From Peribolospora baueri (lineage: Eukaryota), in the NCBI GenBank assembly GCA_029717555.1, contig JAMDHS010000133.1, positions 1 to 38,648 of the forward strand: 38,648 nt of DNA, in the 5' to 3' direction. The notes under the pieces are model-generated. The model saw nothing but the letters and a program-made list of their open reading frames with translations, was not told the DNA's origin and made no database searches. How positions within the stretch are numbered: position 1 is the first letter of the stretch; each line of letters begins with the position of its first letter. The translations under genes and the position numbers were made by a program. Below, piece by piece: positions 24,126 to 34,440 of this stretch.

Positions 24126-25707
24126 ATGTCCGCGCCGATCGACTACCACACCGCCCCGGTCAACGAGGTGATCGCCTACATCAACCTCTCCACGCGGATC
24201 GTGATTTCCGGGTCGATCGCCTTTGGCATCGTCGCCGCAGAGCTCATCGGCCACCTCCCCAAGGATGTGAGCCTCGTCCGTGACTGGAGATGGGTCAACC
24301 TGCTCTACTTCATTTGCAGGTGAGACAAGTGTCATGCCGCCGTTCGCCCTCTCGCTCCGACGTGAGGGACGGGCAGCCGCCGCGCTGATCAACTGGACCC
24401 AAGTGACATATTGCGTTTTCCCTCTGCGCTTTGCCTCTGCGCTTCAGATGGTCCGGAGTAGCGACGTCGGCCAGTTACGTGGTCATCAGCTCCATTGGCG
24501 CAAATAAGACAGGATGCCAGACGGGCTTCGAGTTCATGCAGGTCATGTTTGCCTTTGTTAGCGTCTCTGCAAGCTGCATCTTCTACCTTCGGTGAGCTTT
24601 CGCCCCGCACCTCAATATCCCCCCCCAGGCTGATCTTTACACCGATCCTCCTCTTCCCTCTTCTCTCCGCCTCCCAGCCTGGTCGCCATCTGGAACTTTA
24701 ACAGGGTCATAGCTGCTGCTCTGGGCGTCTACCTGGTCGGCATGTTCTCCTTCCAGGTGTACGCCGCCTTTGACTTTTTCGCCGTGCTTCAAAGCCCGTT
24801 CGGCCACATTGTCTGCGACGGCTCGGTCAGCAACAGGAACCAGGGCCTCTGCTGGTTCCTCACCGCCATCTTTGATACAGTCGTGCTCTGCCTCGCCGTG
24901 TTGAGGCTTTACAAGCGCCAAGTGTCGTCAGAGATCACCCGCGTCCTCCTCCGGGACAACGCGATCTATTACGGCATCATCACCGCTCTGTACATCATCA
25001 CCGGCTCGCTGTACTACGCCAATTCCGACCTCGTCGCCGAGTTTGTCATCGGACAGTATACTAACACGCTGAGGCGAGTCGCGCGCAGCTCGTTCAAACG
25101 GAGCGCGGAGCGTGATCTGATCATTGATCCGCGTACAACCTTTTGCCCGTTCCTTCCTGCTAGCTCCGTCGTCGCTTGCCGGGTGTTCCACAACCTCGCC
25201 AGCTACCGCACCTCCGGTGACTCGTCGGCGAGCGTCACCCCGAGAGCCGAAGTGACCTCCACCTCTGCCGGCCGGGGCAACCCGAGGCCCTCGTTCGCCA
25301 TGAGCGCCACCTCTCGCAGGAGAGCCGAGGTGACCTCCACCTCTGCCGGCCGGGGCAACCCGAGCGCCTCATTCGCCATGAAACCCGGGCAGTTCTCCAT
25401 CCGCGATGGCTCCATCCAACAGGACCGTCACGAGTCGCTCTCCACCCACGGGACCGATGTCCCCGTGTTTGCCATCAGGAGCATCGGCCGATCTCCCAGC
25501 GCTGCCGAATTTGAAGAGCCTTTTGCGGACCTGGAGGTGGCGTACGGTGACCCACGGGAGGGCTCATTTGACCGAGGCTCCGGGGCCTCCAGGTTGCTCG
25601 TCGACGGGGCGGCCGGGTACCCGGACGCCAGGCTCGGCGACGAGGCACACTTGGGGTCCAGCCAATGGCGCATCCATACCGAGCGCGACGTCGTCCGGAT
25701 GGGCTGA
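24126..25707 (+). CDS. Basidiomycete multi-TM (about 7 TM) receptor-like membrane protein (DUF6533-like)
   Basis: The spliced product contains WRWVNLLYFICRW, CIFYLRLVAIWNFNR, FDTVVLCLAVLRL, LLRDNAIYY and SSVVACRVFHNL, followed by a low-complexity cytoplasmic tail. Introns lie at ~24320, ~24592 and 25074-25163 (GC-AG). Confidence 0.75.
25243..25380 (+). repeat. In-frame 78-bp-period tandem duplication (RAEVTSTSAGRGNPxxSFAM x2)
   Basis: agagccga(a/g)gtgacctccacctctgccggccggggcaacccgag occurs at 25243 and at 25321. Confidence 0.9.
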
Positions 25708-26141
25708 GCCGACGATTTCGGACGATACCTTGATCCGTCGGCGTGACCGCTCACCGTGTCACCCCGGGGTGTTCCCACTCGTACGCCTCGCCGCGCCGCC
25801 CCTCCCCCTTCCGGGGCTCTGTTCTCGTCCGATCGGGACCCACGCCTTTGACAGCGTATTTGTTTCCTCTGCTGTCATTATACGACTCCTTTCATCCTTC
25901 CTTTCGCTTTTACTTCCTAATATTCTCTGCGGTGGATGCATGACTCGAGATCACACCATACTCTCACCACTGGCAGGCGTGTCAACCCGGATGAGGTTCC
26001 TGGTTTCAAAGGCTTGAAGGGAAAGGAGATTTTCGTCGACTAGGGCGCGGGCCGTTAACTTCTTTCGATCATTCAGCAGTCGCAATGGTTGGTGCGGTAG
26101 CCGACCATGCTAAGCTGAGGCGCATGAGAGGAGCTCGGCTA

Positions 26142-26167
26142 TTGGGGTTAGGGTTAGGGTCAGGGTT
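26142..26167 (+). repeat. Interstitial telomeric tract TTGGGG-TTAGGG-TTAGGG-TCAGGG-TT
   Basis: Directly visible. It has the same strand polarity as the terminal telomere and sits exactly where the Prp24-like coding sequence begins. Confidence 0.85.
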
Positions 26168-28453
26168 GCAACAGGCTATGGACGCCCAAGCAGCTTATGC
26201 TAGCCAATATGTTACCCAAGAGCCTCAGGATGTCACAAACCTTCGCTCAGAACCTCGTGCTCATAGGCTCAGACATAGAGGCGTTGCAAGGCTGGAACAT
26301 AGGAGCTGCGGCGCTGCACCGGTTCATGAACGTGTATATAAAGAGAGCCCGACAGGGCGTCACAGCTTTCCTCCCGAAGCTAAGAATACTTTTGTCACCG
26401 CTCAGGTTTCCTCCAGAGTTCCCCGTCCAGCATCAGCACCTCTGTCCCAGCCTTCGCCCCATCCTCTTTCCTGTCCTCGTCCCTGTCTCCGACTTGTTTG
26501 CTCCTTGCTTTGCGTCGACTTCCGGTGGACCTCCATTCCGTCCCTCGCTCGTGACCCGACCTGAGTAGGGAAGTCCTCCCTGTCACAGGACGAGCAAGAC
26601 ACTAGAGGCGAGGCGAAGGGCCAGAAGCGCAAGGCGGGAGATGACGAAAATATCGAGGTCGGCGCTGTCGATGATGGAGCTGGAGACGCTGTAGGTCACA
26701 AGCGCGCGAAGACAGGTACGTTCTTCTCTCATAATCCACCTCCTTGTGTCCTCGCCGCTCATCCTCTGATGTTTTCCACTCTTTGTCAAACAGAAGCAAA
26801 AGCTCCCGAACGTGATCGTTCGACAGTCTTTGTTGCCGGATTGCCTAAAAGGACGGATCAAGAAGAGCTGAGCAAGCTATTTCGAGATGTAAGGGCATCC
26901 TACATTTTTCCTGCCGTAACTACATCGATGCTGATCTTATGTCTCTCGTTCAGTGCGGGGACATCCGCGAGATCAAGGTTCACGACCAAGAGGACCAAAC
27001 GGTGGCCACCGTCGAGTTTCATAACCGCAACGACGTCCCCACAGCCCTTACCAAGGACAAAATGGTTGTTAACAGGGCTCAGATTGAGGTTCACCGTGGC
27101 TCGGACAGCACCCTCTTTATCACCAATTTCCCTGAAGACTGGGACGATAAGGAGCTTCGGTCGAGGTTCGAAAAGGTACGGAAGAATCCATGTGGTGCCG
27201 GAGGAGTTTTTCAACGCTCATTTTTGTCCTTGACTTTCAGTATGGCGTCCTCTTCGACACGCGGTGGCCAAGCAAAAAGTTTAAGAATTCACGCCGTTTT
27301 GCTTATCTTCGGTTTAACTCGCCGGTGAGTCCCATTAAGCGTTTTCTTGTCCGTGACGAAGAGTGGCTGATATGATCTGCTTCGACACTCAGACTGCATC
27401 CAAGCTTGCTTTGGAACTTGATGGCGTCGAGGTGGCTCCAGGGCGCTCCCTCATCGTGCGGATATCGGACCCGGAAAGGAAGCAACAGCGTTCGGATGCC
27501 AAGTTAGACGAACGAGAGCTGTTCGTCCAGGGCTTGAGCCGGTTTGTAAAAAAGGAGGATCTGGAAAAGCTGTTCGGTAAAGTGAGTTACGGATTGAACG
27601 TGGAGCAGTACCCTAGGTGTTTGCGGGCTTGTTCCAATGCGTGGACAGACGCAATGCTGAAAAACGTCTGGAATCACAGTATGGCAAGGTCAAGGACGTG
27701 CGTGTAGCACTGAACGCGGACGAGACATGCAAGGGATTCGCATGGGTGGACTTTGAGGATGAGGTGGGTATTACGCATTTCTGACGTTTTCAAGCTCTCA
27801 TTTTAGGCTGACCTCTTCTCCCGCCTTGGGACGCCAGAACGAAGCACAGGTCGCCATGCGTGAGTTGCACAATACTCAACTCAAGAAACGTATAATGTCC
27901 GTCATGGTCACGGCACCGTATGCGAAAGCAGCAAAGGCACAGAAAGCGGAAGGAGGATCGGCAGGGTCTGGCCAGAGCTCCCGCATGGACGCCCGAGGCA
28001 AGACGGCACTGGTGTCTGGTCTTCCCGCTGAGGCGCAGGAGGCGAAGCTACAACAGGTTGTGGCAAAGGCGACCAGACTTAGGGCAGTAAAGACCATCGA
28101 GATGGGGAGCGCCGACGGAGGGAATGGCCCGAAGCAAGGCGAAGCCCGTGTCGTCTTTGAAAATGCGGCAGTGAGTTTCTAGGCACCTGAAGGCCATGTT
28201 TCGTTCTGCCTACAGGGTTTTTCTCATGAGTGGTACATTTGCCTTGTTGATACACCCGCAGGACTTTGGCAAACTTCTCTTGCTCTCAAGCATCGCCTAC
28301 GACGACAATGTCACCCTCACCGTCGCTCCGTACGAATTGGTGGTTGCTGGGAAGAAACCGGGGGGACAAGGGTTTGCACCTCGCAGCGTTACCAATGGCG
28401 GCCGAGGCAGGGGCCGAGGCAGAGGCGGGATTGGTTTCCGTGGCCACACTTGA
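26168..28453 (+). pseudogene. prp24: 5'-truncated Prp24/SART3-like multi-RRM splicing factor, interrupted by a solo LTR
   Basis: Exons 26168-26715 (minus the LTR), 26794-26888, 26954-27175, 27241-27324, 27393-27581, 27680-27763, 27838-28170 and 28262-28453 join in frame. They read ERDRSTVFVAGLP...LFRDCGDIREIK...ALTKDK...STLFITNFPE...YGVLFDTRWPSKKFKNSRRFAY...ISDPERKQQRSDA...RELFVQGL...CKGFAWVDF...GRGRGRGGIGF. The N-terminal HAT region and the C-terminal LSm-interaction motif are absent. Confidence 0.85.
26231..26585 (+). mobile_element. Solo LTR (355 bp) with 5-bp target-site duplication
   Basis: Ends are TG...CA and are flanked by CAGGA (26226-26230 and 26586-26590). There is an internal TATATAAA at ~26335. 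Removing the LTR and one TSD restores the reading frame EPQD-EQDTRGE. It is homologous to 4467-4635. Confidence 0.92.
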
Positions 28454-30546
28454 AAACTTTTTGAGGTCCTTTTTTGTAAAACGAGGCGCTGTGAACCTAT
28501 GAGGATGTTTACGTCTCTCGGGAAGTGACAATGGCCGAGGGAGGAAAAGGGGAACAATGGACAAGAGGAAGAGAACGTAGAGCGAGGGTTGTATCCTATA
28601 GCGTGAGAGGCGCAAGGTAACCGACACACCCCCCTTTCAATTTAACATAGTACGATGAAGTGATTGCATACGCCATCCATCCCCGCTCGTCCAGCGCTCA
28701 ACTACCAGTACATGTCGTGTAGCCAGTCGTTTAGGTTGTATGGTCCCAGTCGACGTTGCCCCGGCGCCTTGTCGAACCCCAGTACCTGCTCGGTCGACCG
28801 TCACATCTTCGTCCTCCGCTCCCACTTCCACTTTCCCCTTCCGGGACGACCAAAGGTGAGCAGAGAGGAGACAGACGCCCACTAGGGCAATGTCGGCATG
28901 TATGAGAGGACGTTGATGAAGGAACCGGTATGACGGACGAGAAGATCGGAGGGGGGAAGACGGGAACGCACAACACTGAGTTGCACGTCGCGTCGGGCAT
29001 AGACCAGAACAGGTGCGTCAGTTCTCGTGCATGTCGAGCGTTGCTTATTTGAGGTAACCCTTCCCGTGCTAGATGATGGTTCGGGTCGGATTTGGCGAAG
29101 GACGTGGAGGGGTCGCGCTCGCGCTCGTCTTGTCAGTCAGTCAGTCAGTCAATGTGTCTGTCTGTCTGTCTCCCAGTCGCCATTCTGTCCTAACCTTCCT
29201 TTTCTATCGTAGCCTCATAACATCTACGACCGAGAGAAGAGGCGCGGCGCGCCCGGCTCGGTCCTGCTCGCTGATCCGCCGCTCTAATCTGCGCCCAACC
29301 GAGCGCCCTCCAGCTTATTAATCCGGCGAATGCCTTCACATGCGCTGCAAGCTGTGCATACTCGCGGGAAGGCTTCGGAGCAGGCGTCGAGGAAGAGCGA
29401 GAGACGGGCATTCGGGCGTCTGGACCTGTTCGGATCCTTCTCTGTCTCATTGCGATCTGCTTTCCCATCGCGCAGCACTGTGAGTGTGAAAATCTCGCTA
29501 TATCCCGCCTGACCCTCGCGTATCCTGCGAGTTCGTCCCGCCGATCTCTATGACGACCGAAGAGAAGAATCCAAATTTTTTTATTTCTCTTTCCCAAAAA
29601 AAGCCCCAGGGCAGCGCCGTGTAGATTTCAGACTGTCTGCCCTGCCTCCATGTCGGGGCCCCGCCTAGGAGGCGATCCCACTGCTGTCATGGCACCGGCT
29701 TGGTGCGACAACCGGCTATGGCGGTCGCCCGGCGCTACAGGATCGTACGTCCGAGATTGAGCTCGCAGTAGCTCGCTTGTTCGCGCCGCTGATCTGGTCG
29801 ATAACAGTTGTTTTCCTTTCTTCTCATTATTTTGCGGGGAGACCTGCAGGGACAGGAGGTTCCGCGGGATGGTAGGACCTAAGGCTGACGTGTCAACGCC
29901 ATTGCATATAACAGGCACATGCTCGGAAAGCCACCAATCGCTCCCGTGCGCTTTAGCAGGCTCGCCTAGCTATGCCACGTCCAAGGCCAAGGGTCGCGAG
30001 CTGATGCACATACGAGGGAAAGATTTACTTGGCCTACGGCGATGCGGGAAAGCCAAGCAGCGAGAAGCAGCTAAGCGGCGAAGACAGCAACGACAAACCT
30101 CGCGCACGCCGCGCAGGTAGCTAAGGTCGCGATTTGCAAGCCGGTTGTAGTTGCTGCATCAATCCGGTGCTGCGATTGGTACCCATAGCATGTGAGTGCA
30201 TGCGGCTTCCCTTCTGCGCGTCGCTTGCCTTGACCACAAGACCTCTGCCATCACATTGTCTTGTCGTTCCCATCCCATCCATCTCTTTGCCGTCAGCATC
30301 ATTCCCGTCGTGGCCAACTTGGTCGAAGCAGCCAGATCGATTCCCGTTCCTTCCCCGACGCCTTAGCAGATCTGAGCTTGTAGTACAAAAGCCCTCCACC
30401 CCTCTGCGAACGAACGTGATGAACGACATCCTCCCGCCCCTTCGCCATCGCCGTCGCCCCGTCGTCACGTACTCTCCTTTTGGAGGCGTTGCCCTCGCCC
30501 GCTTCCCCATCGTGCCAGCCTTGAGGACATGCCCCAACCCTCCATC

Positions 30547-33299
30547 ATGTCGTCGGCCCCGTCCTCCGCCACCATGGTCTCCCTAGTCCCGAGGGTGGAC
30601 TGGAACGATCCAAAGCAGATTGCAATGGACGTCAAAGTTTGTGAGTGTGTCTTAATTGCTGTGGTAAAGCTCGCTAGAGCACCCGCACACACGCCTCGTT
30701 TATTCTTCCTGGCGCCTCGTCGTCCGATGATCCTCACCCGTCTTCGTTCGACGCCGTCCTCTGTCTGGTTCACCAGATCAAGCATACTTGTTTTGTCTCT
30801 TAGGAGTGTTGTGAGTACCTGACGAGGGTCGTCGCCTGCGCGTTCAAATCAGCGAGCATCTGCGCAAACCTTTTTCACTCCCCCGAATCGATTCTCCAGC
30901 ACCTGGGACTTTATCCTTTCCGTGAGCGCTCCTTCCCATGCTCTCTAGTTGTTTCTTCTTGCGCTGACTTCTGCCCGTCTTCTCTCCCTCTTGTCGACTT
31001 TCGCAGTCCTGGTACGACTTCAAAATTGTCACCGGACGGATCAAGTTCAGATGGCCCATGATATTCTACTTTGGGAGCCGTCTCGCCACGTTCGGTGCTC
31101 TCGTTCCAGTGTGAATCCCTAATAGTCCTACTCTCGCTACGATAGCTTACATTCCGTCCTCATAGTCATTCTTTCTCCTTTGCTGCCGCCTCGTAGCATC
31201 ATCACCAACAACGTGACGGACACCTTTTTGAACTGCAAAGCTCTCATCGTCACCGTTCTGTTTTTTGCTGGAGCCTCGGTCTACATGTCGGCAGCCATCT
31301 TCGTACTGCGCACGGTGAGTTAAATGTCTCGCATGACCGCCATCGTGGGCTACGTTTACTTACGGCGGCGCCCTTTTCTTCCTTATTAACGTTTATGACC
31401 GTTGCCATTCAGATCGCCGTCTGGGGCAGACGTCTGTGGGTGATCGTCCTTCTCGGCGTGTTGTGGTTGAGCCTAGTGACCGCCTGGTCCTATAACTGCA
31501 CTTCCATCATCAACGTATGGGAAGGAATTGGACAAGTGAGTACCGCTTTATGTTTTGCTCCCTCGGACCCGCTAGCTCTGCCAACTTTATAACGATCCCT
31601 GTCCTCCCTCACATCTTCTCTGCAGGGTTGTATACCTGTCCATGTCTTCCCATACTTTAGCGCACCCTATGTCGTCACTGAAGGTACGAAGGAGATGTCA
31701 TTGGTTCATGCACATGCGTTCAATCCATTCGATCTAAACGCTAGATTTCTTTGGATCTCATAATTTTGGAAAAAAAAAGTCATCGACGTCACCACCTTGT
31801 CCCTGACGGCGTACCAGGTAAGCGAGGCAAGGGAGACTAGAGACCGGCTTGTCTGTCGGCCAAATGGTTTATTTCCACCCTCTTGCCGCATCATAGCTCT
31901 TCAAAGTGCAAAGCAACGCTGCCAACCCCTCCAGCATTAGCATGGTCTTGTTCCAGCAGGGTCTTTCCTACTTTATGTGAGAATCTCCGCCGGAATCGCG
32001 AATCCAGAAGGAACTCGACATCGTCGAGCTTACGCTTACCAACGACACCTTGCCCCTCCCTTTCGGCAGCGTCAACGTCGTCTTCAACACCGTGTCGCTC
32101 GTGCTTATTTGGTCGAACGTAAACACAGGTGTGCTTGATTTCGGTCGTTCGTGATCGACGATGTTTTCGGCTAATCCATGTCATCGTCTGAATAGTGATG
32201 CACTTTATCAACTCGATCGCCGCTCTCACCTTTGCGTAAGTTGGCCTCACCTTTCGGCGTTTGTGCCATGGACGGCAGTCCGTTGACTTATCTTTTCCCT
32301 TTTCCGCTACTCTTTCCAGGTCCATCAGTGAGTAGTCGCCGAGGAATTTGTATTCCATTTCGCACAGGCTGATCTTGCCATATTCGTTATTGGACGTATA
32401 GTGTCATGCACGGCGTTCCGGTGAGCTAGTCGCCTCCTTGTGTAGCGTGATTGAAGGTGGCGGAATGATGTTGCTGACACCCTATCCGCTTCGCGCCATT
32501 TGCTTTCACCCCCACCTTCAGGGATCTCTCTACCGGCACCGTTCGGGAAGGGCACGGCTGGTTCGCCTCCTCGGAGAAAGGGAGGTTCTGGAATGTGAGT
32601 ACCTGACGGGATGTGGAACCATCATTCGCCCGGCGTTGATTTCCCTTTGTTCTTCCTTCCGCGATGACTCTCGTATTCAGGGATGGACCGAAGGTGGGTC
32701 TTTCTCCCACGACACAGGCACGTTCAAAGCTTACGTACTCCATCCGCACTTTGTATCTTCACCACCAGGTCAATCCGCCATTGGCCCCGTTTCACACGAT
32801 GGTACCGGGAGGCAGCCCAGTCGACCTCAAACCGGCGGTCGCAGCAGTCCCACTGGGGAAGGTGTCAGGATCACATTGAGCAAGGTCGTCCGAAGGTGAG
32901 AGCTGGCGCGGAGCTTGGTCACTCACGTTCGGCAGGACAATGACTGTCGTATGCAGTCCACTCACACCTTTACCCTCGCTTTCCTTCCCCACCTGGACAT
33001 TCAGGGACGGCTACGGATACGAGCGACACGACGACGTCGACTTGGCATCGCTATCCAATGCCGGCGGTGCCAAAGCTGGATCCGAGGGTTCCCAGATACC
33101 GCTGGACGGTTTCCACTCTGAAGAACCCATCTCGTCGCCCCAGCCCGCTCACTCCCATTTCGCCCGTGCAGCCGACATCGAGGCCTCCACCTATGCCAAC
33201 AATTACCAAGTGGGAGAGGCCATCTTCGGGAATGGCACTTCTCCCGAAATCGGCGCTCATGAAATTCGGTATCCGAACAGGCATCCGTTCGCTGGCTAA
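30547..33299 (+). CDS. Second multi-TM receptor-like membrane protein (DUF6533-like) with many short exons
   Basis: Manual splicing gives MSSAPSS...VDWNDPKQIAMD...LLGVFTWDFILSSWYDFKIVTGRIKFRWPMIFYFGSRL...AIFVLRTIAVWGRR...VIDVTTLSLTAYQL...LFQQGLSYF...FASIMSCTAFRDL...HPFAG*. The start could alternatively be the ATG at 30529. Confidence 0.75.
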
Positions 33300-34440
33300 A
33301 GGTCGGCTGCCAGAGGATTGTGACGAGCTCGCTTTCGTCCCTCTCTCTCCCCCCCACCTTCCTTTCCATTCATCATTTTGTACGGCCAAAAAAAGTCCGT
33401 TCAGTCCGAGACATTCCTACATTTCTCGTCCACTCCTTTCCCTTCTTGTTTCCCGCGTCGGACCGACTGGATGTCGGTGGTCGGGTCGACCTGCGGCTGA
33501 CCTTCTTAGGTACTATCCGTAGCTGGAGTTAATCGATTTTGGGCTCTTTAACTTTATGGAAATGAAAAGGGTTTCGCACATGCAAAGGTTATTGATACAA
33601 TCTTGCATTTGACGCAGTAACAGAATGGAATATCGTCGAGGACGCCCGCGATCTTTTCGTTTAACGGCCGAAGACAAGGGCGATGACGGCTGAGGGGCGG
33701 CCCATCGCGTGAGTGGCGGCGGCCGAGTATATATATATATATGTATATATATGTCGCCCATCGCACCTTTGAAAAAAAAAGTCGTAGGGAGTATTTGACG
33801 AGTAGATCCGGAGCGACTAGTCGTATACCCCCGGGAATGGCCGCAGGCGCGCAAGTCGACAGCAGAGGATAGGAAAGATATGGACGGCAGTTTACGAGGA
33901 GCGGTCGTCGACGACGTCGTCATCGGGCAAGAGCGGGAGAGATGTACGGAGGGACGGGTCGCAACGTGAAGCACTACCCCGCTATCCCACCTCGTCCACG
34001 CCCGTCTTTCCATCCGTAAATGCAACCTTTACTTACCGGCTGGAACCGCCTAATTTTATCGCTTCGATCGGATATTTAACTAGGACTGGGGACAGGGGCC
34101 CGGAGCTGGGGCTAGGCTCTGAACATCTACCCTAGGAGCTAGGAACTAACATCTCCCTCGGTGTCGATCGACGACGGGTTATTATATGCGTACAGAGAGG
34201 GGAGACGAGCTCGAACGAAGGAAGAACGGATGACGAGGGAGCCAAAGAACCGAAAAGGGAAGTGATGCGGGCCAGGGGATTGGCGATGGGACGAGGCGAC
34301 TAGGAAACAGGTAAGAAAGAGACATGAGGAACGGCTGACGACCATCCACCGCGATGTTTACTTGGATGGGTGGTCTATGCGGAGTTGAGACGGTACGACG
34401 GAAGAGAGGCACAGTCCGTGGTGGTATGGACGTTACCACG

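Noticed and set aside
28460..30500. ORFs and (GTCA)n/(GTCT)n microsatellites upstream of the second TM gene
   Set aside because: Simple repeats and non-coding-looking sequence with no supportable feature.
33728..33752. (TA)n tract as a regulatory element or transposon end
   Set aside because: Ordinary microsatellite with no associated terminal inverted repeats found.
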